From NCBI GenBank assembly GCA_036005845.1, contig DASYQD010000117.1, positions 49,581-113,580 of the forward strand: a stretch of DNA of 64,000 nucleotides. Direction: 5' to 3'. The notes under the pieces were generated by a model, which saw only the letters and a list, made by a program, of their open reading frames with translations, searched no databases and was not told where the DNA came from. A program made the position numbers and the translations under genes. Of this stretch, positions 45,232-54,200 are shown piece by piece (the stretch's first letter is position 1; the number at the start of each line of letters is the position of its first letter). This DNA is from Thermoanaerobaculia bacterium. GTDB taxonomy: Bacteria; Acidobacteriota; Thermoanaerobaculia; Multivoradales; JAIOJS01.

Positions 45232-45357
45232 CTCGCCGAGTCGCGGGCAACGCGATCAACGGCGCGCGCGCGTTGCGCGTATGAAGGCATGCCCGCGCCC
45301 GCGCGGCGAGCAGTCTCACAGTCAACGGGTTTCGCGGGCGCCCGAGGAGGACGTGCC

Positions 45358-47346
45358 ATGGGCCGCCCAGTGTTCTCGCCGCGAGCCGCCGATGCGCTCG
45401 CTCTGCTGCTGATGGCCTGCGTGAGCGCGATGCCGGCGCGAGCCGGTGTCGACAGCTGGACGCCGTTCGGCCCCGGGCAGGGCCGCATGGTCTCGGTCGC
45501 CGCGTCCTCGCGCGGCGATCTCTTCGCCGTCACGGCGTTCGGCGACCTCGCGGAGATCTGGCAGCTGCCGGCCGGCACGGCGACGTGGCGCTGGCGCAAC
45601 AACGGGCTCGGCCGCCCGGCGGTGACGGCCTTTGCCGTGCATCCGACGCAGCCCGATTCCCTCTGGGCGGCCACCGGCGGCCCGACCGCTGCGATCTTCC
45701 ATTCGACCGATGCCGGCGCCACGTGGCTGCGCGTCGCCGCTGGCCCCGCGGACTTCCCGATCAGCCAACTGCGGGTGATGCCGCTGCGCAACTCGGTGGT
45801 CCTCTTCGCCCAGCGGGGCGGCGTCTCTGCGCCGGTGCTGCTGCGCAGCGCCGACGGCGGCGTCACCTGGTCGGCGGTGACGGACGCGTGGGGGCCGGTG
45901 GCGCCGGCGATCGACCACCGTGGTTTGGTGTACGCCTCGGCGGTCGGGTTCCCCGGCCTGGTGAGGAGCACCGACGGCGGCCAGACCTTCCGGCCGGTGC
46001 AGATCGGCGTGCGCCTCATCGAGCAGCTACGCGCGTTGCACGTCACGCGCGGCCGCAGCCCGCTGGTGTTCGCCTCGTTCAGCAGCGGTTTGTACCGCAG
46101 CACCAACGGCGTGCGCTTCGAGCGTGTCGGGTTCTCCAACGAGCCGCCTTCAGCGGTTGCTTCGGATCCGCGCGACTCGCGGCGGATCTACGTCACCACC
46201 GACCTCGGCTTGTACTCCAGCTCGCGCCTCGGCCGCGCCGGCAGCTTCCGCAGCGAGGCTTCGTTCTTCTACGCTCCGTTTCCCACGCCGACGGCGCTCA
46301 TCGTTCCACCGGTGGGGCCGCTGTTCCTCAGCGAGGGCGACCTTCGCGGCAGCGGTCTCGGCTCCATCTCGGAGCGGGGCATCGCCGGCTTCGGAGCTTC
46401 CGAGATGCGCATCGCGGAGGCCGATCCGACCGCCATCGCGGTTCGCGAGTACACGCAATGCGCGCCGCAGTGCGACCTCCGCACGCTGCTCTCCTACGAC
46501 GGAGGATTCAGCTTCATTCGGCGCGGCATTCAGGTCCTGCCGCATTCCTTCGTGGACGCGCGCGATTTTGCTTTCGATCCGGCATCGTCCCGGCGGTGGC
46601 TGGAGCTCAGCGCCGGCGTGGTCCTGGTGGACGCAGCCGGCTTGCACCTGCTCAGTCCAACCGTGGTCAATACGACGCCCACCGCGGTGGAGATCGGCGC
46701 GGCCGGTGCGCTGCTCGTCGGCGCGGGAGGCGGAGTGCTGGTGAGCCGCGACGACGGCGCCAGCTGGGCGACGACGCTCGGCAACCCGGGACCGTTCGGT
46801 CCGTCGACGGTGATCGACCTGCGAGCGGACGTCGGAGCGCCCGACGGCGTGCTGGCGCTGGTAGTCGAGCCCCGCATCGTCGATCCACCGACGCCGGCGA
46901 AGCTCCTCGCCTTTCGCAGCGTTAACGCCGCTGCGCACTGGAGCCCGGTGCTGCCCGCAGTCGAGGGGCTGCTCGATGTGGAACCCGTGCCCGGGTCGCC
47001 GACGACGCTCTTCGCGCTCTTCGCGGTCGCCGGCGGCAGCGAGCTGCGGCGCAGCGATGACGGCGGCGTGACGTCGGTGCCCGTCCACACCTTCACGACC
47101 GCCGAAGCGGTGGCCGATTTCGCGCTCGACGCAGTGGCGCCCGACGTGCTCTACGCCGCCAGCGCCACCGGCGTGCTGCGCAGCCGCGACGGCGGCGCCA
47201 CCTGGGAGAGCACGCCCGGAACGCTCGACGCCTGGGGCGCCTATCGCCAACGCCTGCAGCACGTGTGGGTCCACCCGAGCGAGCCCGGCCACGTCTTCGC
47301 CGCCCCCGCCGACGGCGGCCTGTTCGAGAACCGGTTGAGCGACTAG
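45358..47346 (+). CDS. Secreted BNR/Asp-box (sialidase/YCF48-like) beta-propeller protein
   Basis: GAGGAGG RBS and signal peptide. Repeated S-x-D-x-G-x-T-W Asp boxes (STDAGATW, SADGGVTW, STDGGQTF, SRDDGASW, SRDGGATW). Confidence 0.8.
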   Translation: MGRPVFSPRAADALALLLMACVSAMPARAGVDSWTPFGPGQGRMVSVAASSRGDLFAVTAFGDLAEIWQLPAGTATWRWRNNGLGRPAVTAFAVHPTQPDSLWAATGGPTAAIFHSTDAGATWLRVAAGPADFPISQLRVMPLRNSVVLFAQRGGVSAPVLLRSADGGVTWSAVTDAWGPVAPAIDHRGLVYASAVGFPGLVRSTDGGQTFRPVQIGVRLIEQLRALHVTRGRSPLVFASFSSGLYRSTNGVRFERVGFSNEPPSAVASDPRDSRRIYVTTDLGLYSSSRLGRAGSFRSEASFFYAPFPTPTALIVPPVGPLFLSEGDLRGSGLGSISERGIAGFGASEMRIAEADPTAIAVREYTQCAPQCDLRTLLSYDGGFSFIRRGIQVLPHSFVDARDFAFDPASSRRWLELSAGVVLVDAAGLHLLSPTVVNTTPTAVEIGAAGALLVGAGGGVLVSRDDGASWATTLGNPGPFGPSTVIDLRADVGAPDGVLALVVEPRIVDPPTPAKLLAFRSVNAAAHWSPVLPAVEGLLDVEPVPGSPTTLFALFAVAGGSELRRSDDGGVTSVPVHTFTTAEAVADFALDAVAPDVLYAASATGVLRSRDGGATWESTPGTLDAWGAYRQRLQHVWVHPSEPGHVFAAPADGGLFENRLSD

Positions 47347-48140
47347 CCGAAGAGCTCGCCTTCGAGTGCCTTCGCGCGCTCGGCCGAGAGGCCGAGCGCG
47401 GCGGCGAAGGTGCCGAGCCACGCCGCCTCGGCCGGCAAGACGCCGGCGTCGGTCATGGTGACGAGAGCGGCGAAGCGGTAGAGGAGCTCGCGGTCGGCGT
47501 CGGTGGCGGCCATCGCCGCCAGCTCTTCGGGCGAGGCGGGCATCAGCAGCTCGCGGCGCACCTGCGCCGCCTGCTCCTCGGGGAGCTCGCTGCTGCCCAG
47601 CCGCTTCTGGATGCGGGCGCGCTCGGCGGGCGAGAGCGTGCCGTCCGCGAGCGCGGCGGCGACCATCGTGCGCACGACGGCAAAGAGCGTCGCCGCTGGC
47701 AGCTCGGCTCCCGCCTCGCTGGCGTTGCCACCAATCTCCGTTGCGGGCGCGGCATCATCGGCCGCCGGCACGTCCGAAGGTGGAGGAGGCGGCAGCCACG
47801 CCGGCGGCACCGCTGCCGCATCGTCCATGTCCACGGACGGCGGAGGCGGCGGCGACCACGCAGGTGCCGCGCCGCCCGCGACGTCCCGCGAACCGGGCGG
47901 AGGCGGCGGCGGTGGCGGCGGTGGCACGGAACCGGGCGGCGCCCAGGTCGACGGTCCGCCCGCCGCGCCCGGCTGCTGGCTGTGCACCATCTCGTTGATG
48001 AACGCTCCCGCCAGCGCCGCGCCACCGGCGAGCAGCAGCGGGCTGCCCACCGCGCGCCGCACGAGGCGCCGCGTCACGCGCGGCGAGACGCCGATCGACT
48101 CGGAGATCAGGTCGCCGACGAGACTGTCGAGGAAACCCAT
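47343..48140 (-). CDS. DUF533/TerB-like protein with proline-rich linker
   Basis: C-terminal VRTMVAAALADG.L...ER.RI TerB-like domain, N-terminal GGAALAG segment, poly-Pro tracts. Confidence 0.7.
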   Translation of the reverse strand: MGFLDSLVGDLISESIGVSPRVTRRLVRRAVGSPLLLAGGAALAGAFINEMVHSQQPGAAGGPSTWAPPGSVPPPPPPPPPPGSRDVAGGAAPAWSPPPPPSVDMDDAAAVPPAWLPPPPPSDVPAADDAAPATEIGGNASEAGAELPAATLFAVVRTMVAAALADGTLSPAERARIQKRLGSSELPEEQAAQVRRELLMPASPEELAAMAATDADRELLYRFAALVTMTDAGVLPAEAAWLGTFAAALGLSAERAKALEGELFG

Positions 48141-48167
48141 GGCTCGTTCTCTCCGCTTGCCGCCGGC

Positions 48168-49217
48168 TCAGCCGCCGATGCGGTACATCTCTACGCGCGG
48201 CGCCGGCACGCCATGCCCGGCCGCCAGTCGCTCGGCGCGCTCCTCGGAGTAGCGGTCGGCGCGGCGGCCCCAGAAGTCGGCGATGCGTGCCGCGAGCTCG
48301 TCGTCGCTCTCGCCGGCGCGCAGCGGCGTCTTGAGGTCGAGGCCGGTGCTGGCGAAGAGGCAGGCGAAGAGCTGGCCGTCGGCGGTGAGCCGGGCGCGCG
48401 AGCAGTCGCCGCAGAAGGGCTGGCTCACCGAGGCGATGACGCCCAGCTCGCCTGCATCTTCACCTTGGCCGTCGCGATAGCGGAAGCGCAGCGCCACGTC
48501 GTGCGCGTGGCGGCGCGGCGCCGGCTCGAGCGGCAGCTCGGCACCGACGCGGGCGACGATCTCCTCGGCGCTCACCACGCCGCCGGGCTGCCAGCCGTTG
48601 ACGGTGCCGACGTCCATGTACTCGATGAAGCGCAATACGAAGCCCGGCCGCTTGAAGAAGCGCGCCAGCTCCACCACCTCGTCGTCGTTCACACCGCGCA
48701 TGACGACCGCGTTGACCTTGATCGGCGCCAGGCCGGCCGCGGCCGCCGCCTCGATCCCGGCGAGCACGCCGGCAAGCTGGCCGCGGCTGCCGCTCAGGCG
48801 ATCAAAGGTCTCCGGCCGCAGGCTGTGCAGGCTGACAGTGACGCGCGCGAGGCCCGCGGCGCGCAGCGCCGCCGCGTCGCGGGCGAGCAGCAGCCCGTTG
48901 GTCGTCAGCGCCAGGTCGTCGATGCCCGGCGTCGCGGCGAGCAGCGTCACCAGCCGGTGCAGATCGCGGCGCAGCAGCGGCTCGCCGCCGGTGAGCCGCA
49001 CCTTGCTGACGCCGAGGCCGGCGAAGACGCGCACCAGCCGCGCCGTCTCCTCGTAGGTGAGCAGCTCGGCTCGCTGCAGGAACGTGTACTCGCGATCGCC
49101 CGGCATGCAGAAGCCGCAGCGCAGACTGCAGCGGTCGGTGACCGAGACACGGAGGTCCGTGAGCGGCCGGCCGAGAAAGTCGCGGGGCGGAGCGAGGTCG
49201 CGGGGCGGTGGCAGCAC
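48168..49217 (-). CDS. moaA: GTP 3',8-cyclase
   Basis: LRVSVTDRCSLRCGFCMP (radical SAM CxxxCxxC), RLTGGEPLLR, FCGDCSRARLTADG...C and C-terminal RIGG. Confidence 0.95.
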   Translation of the reverse strand: MLPPPRDLAPPRDFLGRPLTDLRVSVTDRCSLRCGFCMPGDREYTFLQRAELLTYEETARLVRVFAGLGVSKVRLTGGEPLLRRDLHRLVTLLAATPGIDDLALTTNGLLLARDAAALRAAGLARVTVSLHSLRPETFDRLSGSRGQLAGVLAGIEAAAAAGLAPIKVNAVVMRGVNDDEVVELARFFKRPGFVLRFIEYMDVGTVNGWQPGGVVSAEEIVARVGAELPLEPAPRRHAHDVALRFRYRDGQGEDAGELGVIASVSQPFCGDCSRARLTADGQLFACLFASTGLDLKTPLRAGESDDELAARIADFWGRRADRYSEERAERLAAGHGVPAPRVEMYRIGG

Positions 49218-49319
49218 GGCTCGATTGTAGCGACCATCCGCTCCGGCGGGCGGGCGTTGGCAGATGGTTGGCAGACGACCGACGCCCGCTGGTAGACTCT
49301 GCGCCGCGAGAGCGAGCCC

Positions 49320-49658
49320 ATGATCGTCGAAAAACGCCGCATCGAGGATTCCACCCTGCTCAACGTCGAGGGCGTCATCAAGCTCGGCGAGAGCGCGCAG
49401 TTCTTCGCCCAGGCCCTGGAGCGCGCGCTGGAGGAGGACGAGGGCAACGTGCTCGTCGACTTCTCGCGCATCAACTACATCGACTCCACCGGCATCGGCG
49501 AGCTGGTCGGCTACCTGGGACGCTTCCGCGACCGCAATCGCAAGCTCATCCTCATCAACCCCTCGGACCGCATCCGCAAGCTGCTGGCGATCGCGCAGCT
49601 CGACCGCCTGTTCACCATCTACGACAGCCTCGAGACGGCGCTCCATACGGAGAAGTAG
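49320..49658 (+). CDS. STAS domain anti-sigma factor antagonist
   Basis: VDFSRINYIDSTGIGELV (phosphorylatable Ser). Confidence 0.9.
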   Translation: MIVEKRRIEDSTLLNVEGVIKLGESAQFFAQALERALEEDEGNVLVDFSRINYIDSTGIGELVGYLGRFRDRNRKLILINPSDRIRKLLAIAQLDRLFTIYDSLETALHTEK

Positions 49659-49686
49659 CCTGGGTCTCACTGACCCGGATGGTCGC

Positions 49687-50217
49687 GTGGCGCGGCTGAG
49701 CCTCGCTGCGATGACGCGCATCGCCGCCTGCTGCGCGGCACTGGCGCTCGCCGCCTGCGCCAGCCGCGGCAGCCGGCCGCCCTACCACCGCGTGACGCCG
49801 GCGGTGGCGTTCGAGATGCTGCGCGACAACCCCGACCTGCTGGTGCTCGACGTGCGCCCGCCGGAGGAGTTCCACGGCCCGCTCGGCCACCTCTGGGGGG
49901 CCGTCAACATCCCGCTCGACCAGCTCGAGGGGCGGCTGGGCGGGCTGCGGCCGCTGGTGCAGCAGCTGCTGCTCGTCTATTGCGGACGCGGCTCGTGCGG
50001 CGTCGACGCCATGGTGCACCTCGAGGCGGCGGGGTTCTCGCTGGCCGTGCTGCTCGACGGCGGCATCGACGCCTGGGTGGAGGACGGCTTCGGCACGCTC
50101 GAGCCCGGCACCCGCGGCCACGACGAGAGCGAGCGCGCGCGGATGCGGCCGATCGGCGAAACCGCGCCGGCGCCGACACCCACGCCCGCCCCTGATTTGC
50201 CGCGCCGCCGCGGATGA
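49687..50217 (+). CDS. Rhodanese-like lipoprotein
   Basis: Lipobox LALAAC, LDVRPPEEF..GHL.GAVNIP, VYCGRG and LDGGIDAW. The start may be ATG 49711. Confidence 0.8.
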   Translation: MARLSLAAMTRIAACCAALALAACASRGSRPPYHRVTPAVAFEMLRDNPDLLVLDVRPPEEFHGPLGHLWGAVNIPLDQLEGRLGGLRPLVQQLLLVYCGRGSCGVDAMVHLEAAGFSLAVLLDGGIDAWVEDGFGTLEPGTRGHDESERARMRPIGETAPAPTPTPAPDLPRRRG

Positions 50218-50256
50218 CGTAGAAAGGCCTTCGGCGGGATTCGGAAGGAGACCTCG

Positions 50257-51735
50257 ATGGCGATCCTCAACGAGCCGGGCGTCGACGCGCCGGCTGTCGA
50301 TAGCGAAGCGGCCGGCGCGGCAGCCGCGGCCTTGCAAGAGCTGCAGGCGCGTTTCCCCGACTGGGTCACGGTGGACGGGGAGGCGCGCGAGCGCTACCGC
50401 ACCGACTACGGCCGCTGGACCTTCAAGACCCCCGGCGCGGTGGCGCGCCCGCGCACGACGGAGCAGGTGGCGGAGCTGGTGCGCTTCTGCCGCGCGCACG
50501 GCGTCACCATCACCCCGCGCGCGCAGGGGCACAGCCAGAGCGGGCAGTCGACCAACGCGGGCGGCGTGCTGCTCGACATCACCGGCATGAACGAGATCTT
50601 CGCGATCGACGGCGATGCGCTGCTCGCCGACGTGCAGGGCGGCGTCGTCTGGCGCGACCTCGTCGCCGCCACCAACGAGCGGAACCTGGTGCCGCGCGTG
50701 CTCACCAACAACCTCGGCGTCTGCGTCGCCGGCACGGTGTCGGTGGCCGGCATCGGCGTCGCCAGCTTCCGATACGGCCTGCAGGCCGACAACGTCGCCG
50801 AGCTCGAGGTCGTTACCGGCACCGGCGAGGTCGTCGTCTGCTCGCGCGAGAGCAACCGCGAGCTCTTCGACGTCGTGCGCTGCGGCTTCGGGCAGTTCGG
50901 GGTCATCACCCGCGCCAAGGTGATGCTGCGCCGCTGCAAGAGCCGCGTGCGCATGTACCACCTGCTCTACGACGACCTCGGCGCCTTCATGCGCGATGCG
51001 GAGCGCATCATGGACCCCGACGACGACAAGTACCACTCGCTGGAGTCGCGCTCGGCGCCCTGCCTCATCTTCACCAAGCGCATCGGCGACGGCATCAAGC
51101 TCGCGCAGGGAATGCAGACCTACGCCTACTGGCTCTACCCGCTGTTCCTGACCGTGGAGTACGAGCCCGGCGAGGAGATCGACGACGCGGCGTTCCTCGA
51201 AGGGCTGCGCTACTACAAGCGACTGGAGACGGTGGAGTATTCGCAGAACGAGTTCTGCAACCGCCTGGAGCCGATCTTCGAGCTCTGGCAGCGCGCCGGC
51301 GCCTGGGAGATGGCGCACCCGTGGATGGAGGTGATCCTGCCCTGGGACAAGGCGCAGGAGTACATCGAGCTGGCGCAGTCGAGCCTGCCGCCGCAGGCGC
51401 TCGGCGCCGGCGGCCACGTCCTGCTCTGGCCCGCCTACACCGGCACCTCCGACGCGCCGCTCTTCATGCATCCCGAAGGGAAGTTCCTGATGGGCTGGGG
51501 CATCCTGCCGGCGGTGCCGCAGAAGTTCCTCGACCAGGCGCTGTCGCAGCTCGAGATGGCGAGCGAGCTCGCCATCGCCTACGGCGGCAAGCGTTACCTT
51601 TCGGGCTACATAACCTTCGACACACCGGAACGCTGGGCGGCCCATTTCGGCGATGAGTGGCCGCGGGTGGTGGCGGCGAAGCAGCGCTTCGACCCCGACG
51701 CCATCCTCTCGCCGGGCTTCATCCAGTACGGGTAG
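50257..51735 (+). CDS. FAD-linked oxidase, cytokinin-dehydrogenase-like (VAO family)
   Basis: RAQGHSQSGQS (covalent FAD His), GTVSVAGIG, GFGQFGVITRA, HPWMEVILP and KQRFDPDAILSPG. Confidence 0.75.
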   Translation: MAILNEPGVDAPAVDSEAAGAAAAALQELQARFPDWVTVDGEARERYRTDYGRWTFKTPGAVARPRTTEQVAELVRFCRAHGVTITPRAQGHSQSGQSTNAGGVLLDITGMNEIFAIDGDALLADVQGGVVWRDLVAATNERNLVPRVLTNNLGVCVAGTVSVAGIGVASFRYGLQADNVAELEVVTGTGEVVVCSRESNRELFDVVRCGFGQFGVITRAKVMLRRCKSRVRMYHLLYDDLGAFMRDAERIMDPDDDKYHSLESRSAPCLIFTKRIGDGIKLAQGMQTYAYWLYPLFLTVEYEPGEEIDDAAFLEGLRYYKRLETVEYSQNEFCNRLEPIFELWQRAGAWEMAHPWMEVILPWDKAQEYIELAQSSLPPQALGAGGHVLLWPAYTGTSDAPLFMHPEGKFLMGWGILPAVPQKFLDQALSQLEMASELAIAYGGKRYLSGYITFDTPERWAAHFGDEWPRVVAAKQRFDPDAILSPGFIQYG

Positions 51736-51756
51736 CGGAAGCTGCGCGAGTTACTC

Positions 51757-52611
51757 ATGACCGAAACCGCCACGCGCACCGTCCACATCGCGCACAGCCC
51801 CGACTCCGACGACGCCTTCATGTTCTGGGCGCTGTCGCAGGGCGTGCTCGACACCGAGGGCATCGCCGTCGAGCACGTGCTCGCCGACATCGAGACGCTC
51901 AACCAGGCGGCGTTCCAGGGCCGCTACGAGGTGACGGCGCTGTCGCTCCACGCCTACGCCTACCTCCACGACCGCTACCAGCTCATGCCGTCGGGCGCCA
52001 GCTTTGGCGACGGCTATGGGCCGGTCGTGGTGGCGAAGCAGCGGCTCACGCGCGAAGACCTCGCCGGCGCCGAGGTGGCGATCCCCGGCAAGCTGACCAC
52101 CGCGGCGCTGGCGCTACGCCTCTGGCAGCCCGCGGTCGCGACGCGCATCGTGCCCTTCGACCAGGTGCTCGACGTCGTCGCCCGCGGCGAGGCGGTGGCG
52201 GGCGTCGTCATCCACGAAGGGCAGCTCACCTACGGCGAGCAGGGCCTCCACGCCGTCGTCGACCTCGGCGCCTGGTGGAAGGAGGAGACCGGCGGGCCGC
52301 TGCCGCTGGGCGCCAACGGCATCCGCCGCGACCTGCCCGAGGACACCAAGCGCCTGCTCTGCCGGCTGCTGCGCGAGAGCATCGACTGCGGGCTCGAGCG
52401 GCGCCAGGAGGCGCTCGACTACGCGCTGCGCTACGCCCGCGGCATCGAGGACGACCGCGCCCGCGCCGACCGCTTCGTCGGCATGTACGTCAACGAGTGG
52501 ACCCGCGACTACGGCGAGGCTGGGCGCGCCGCGGTACAGGGCCTGCTCGACCGCGGCCATGCTGCCGGCCTGCTCCCCGCGCGGGTCGTGGCCGAGTTCG
52601 TCGCCGGCTGA
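51757..52611 (+). CDS. mqnD: Menaquinone futalosine-pathway protein, MqnD/MqnA family
   Basis: AHSPDSDDAFMF, DIETLN, GASFGDGYGP, IHEGQLTY, PLPLGAN and MYVNEW. Confidence 0.8.
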   Translation: MTETATRTVHIAHSPDSDDAFMFWALSQGVLDTEGIAVEHVLADIETLNQAAFQGRYEVTALSLHAYAYLHDRYQLMPSGASFGDGYGPVVVAKQRLTREDLAGAEVAIPGKLTTAALALRLWQPAVATRIVPFDQVLDVVARGEAVAGVVIHEGQLTYGEQGLHAVVDLGAWWKEETGGPLPLGANGIRRDLPEDTKRLLCRLLRESIDCGLERRQEALDYALRYARGIEDDRARADRFVGMYVNEWTRDYGEAGRAAVQGLLDRGHAAGLLPARVVAEFVAG

Positions 52612-52654
52612 CCGCCGCGGCTCGCGGCCTTCAGCGCGGCGGATGGCCCGGATT

Positions 52655-54193
52655 TCAGTCGCCCGCGGCACAGGCGGCATCCTGCGCGGTGGCGGCGAGC
52701 GCGTCGTGGCGCAGCCGGTACAGGTGGTAATCCTCGGAGCGCACGATGGCGCCCGTGCGGGCGCCGGCGGCGGCGACCTCGGGCCAGGGTGGCAGCGTGC
52801 GGTTGACGACGAGCACGACGTCGCGCGCCTCGCGGCGCGCCAGCTCCCGGGCCGCGCAGCGCACCTCGGGCTCGCTCAGCTCGCGCTGGCGCGGACCCCA
52901 GTCGGGGTGCGTCGTATAGACCTTGCGCGACGGTGCGTAGAGCGGCCGCTCCAGGTAGAGCGCCACCGTCGCCGCCGGCGGCTCGCGATGGCCGAGCAAG
53001 GGGAAGCGGTCGAGGCCTTCGGCGCGGATCAGCGCGGCGGTGGCGGCGCCGTTGGAGAACGGGTGCCGGAGATCCATCCAGCTCGCGTACGCCGCGGCAG
53101 CGCATTGCACGGCGAGCATCGCCAGCAGCGTCTTCGCCCGCCAAGAGCGCGGCTCGTCGAGGAAGCCGGCGCCGCCGCCGAGCCAGAGGGCGGCGGTGAA
53201 GAGGAGCCAGAGATTGCCGTGGTGCCGCATCTCGCCCTGCAGGACCAGGTAGGAGAACGCCAGCAGGCCCGCGGCGCCGACGGCGAACGTCGTCACCGCC
53301 GCCTTCGAGCGCCAGAGCAGCGCGAAGCCGAGCGCCAGGATCGACAGACCGGCCAGCGCCTGGCAGAGAGGCCACGGGTCGAGCACGTTGCTGTTCCAGA
53401 AGCCGAGTTGGAGCCGCGGCACCGGGACGAAGGCGCGCCACGCCATCATCGCGGGCTTGAGCGCCGCCACCGGCACCCAGTCGAAGCGCCACCCGGGCAC
53501 GCGCGTGCCTGGTGCCTGATGGAGCTGCACGAGCCCGGCGATCGCCCCGGCCGCTGCGACAGCACCCGCGCTCGCAGCGTCGCTCCAGCGCCACGCCCGC
53601 GGCTCCGGCGCGATCCGCTGGCGCACCAGCCAGCCGGCGCCCAGGGCGATGGCGAGGATGAAGCCGTACACCGTGGTCTGGCAGAGGAGCGCCACCGCGG
53701 CGCCGAGGACGAGGAGCGGCCAGCGGCCGGCCGCCGCCGCGCACGCCAGCCAGAGCAACAGCGCGCTTGCCGAGTACGAGCGGCTGATCACCGCGTACTC
53801 GTAGAACGGGAAGTAGCCGAGCACGAGCAACGCACGCTCGCGGCGCTGCAGCGGTGCCCAGCGCGCGAAGACGAAAGCGGCGGCCGTCGCCAGCCCGAGA
53901 TGCACGATCTGCATCGCGCGCGGGGAGGTCGAGAGCTGCCGCGCTGCGTAGCACAGCAACGGGAAGACGTAGCCGACGCCGCCGCCGCGTGAGGTGCCGT
54001 CGAAGAGCTGACCCAGGCTGTGGCTTTCGCGCACCACCAGCCACTGCCAGGCCTCGTCGCGCCACAGCTCGTGAGCGAGCAGGCGTGGCACGGTGAGGAC
54101 GGCGAAGATCGCTGCCGCCGCCAGCGCGAAGCGGCGGCGCGCCGCAGCCGATTCCCCGCCGCCGGCGCTCGCGGACGCGGCGATGCTCGCCAC
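52655..54193 (-). CDS. Multi-pass membrane protein, putative GT-C glycosyltransferase
   Basis: HELWRDEAWQW motif after TM1, YEYAVISRSYS, about 10-11 TM segments, soluble C-terminus. Confidence 0.6.
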   Translation of the reverse strand: MASIAASASAGGGESAAARRRFALAAAAIFAVLTVPRLLAHELWRDEAWQWLVVRESHSLGQLFDGTSRGGGVGYVFPLLCYAARQLSTSPRAMQIVHLGLATAAAFVFARWAPLQRRERALLVLGYFPFYEYAVISRSYSASALLLWLACAAAAGRWPLLVLGAAVALLCQTTVYGFILAIALGAGWLVRQRIAPEPRAWRWSDAASAGAVAAAGAIAGLVQLHQAPGTRVPGWRFDWVPVAALKPAMMAWRAFVPVPRLQLGFWNSNVLDPWPLCQALAGLSILALGFALLWRSKAAVTTFAVGAAGLLAFSYLVLQGEMRHHGNLWLLFTAALWLGGGAGFLDEPRSWRAKTLLAMLAVQCAAAAYASWMDLRHPFSNGAATAALIRAEGLDRFPLLGHREPPAATVALYLERPLYAPSRKVYTTHPDWGPRQRELSEPEVRCAARELARREARDVVLVVNRTLPPWPEVAAAGARTGAIVRSEDYHLYRLRHDALAATAQDAACAAGD

Positions 54194-54200
54194 GTCGGAG

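Noticed and set aside
45224-45237. 14-bp palindrome GCGAGCTAGCTCGC at the GT2-methyltransferase stop
   Set aside because: Single short GC-rich palindrome, no U-tract and no second copy noticed; plausible by chance.
49218-49319. Moco riboswitch upstream of moaA
   Set aside because: A TACAAT -10 box lies 6 nt from the start, leaving no leader long enough for the aptamer.
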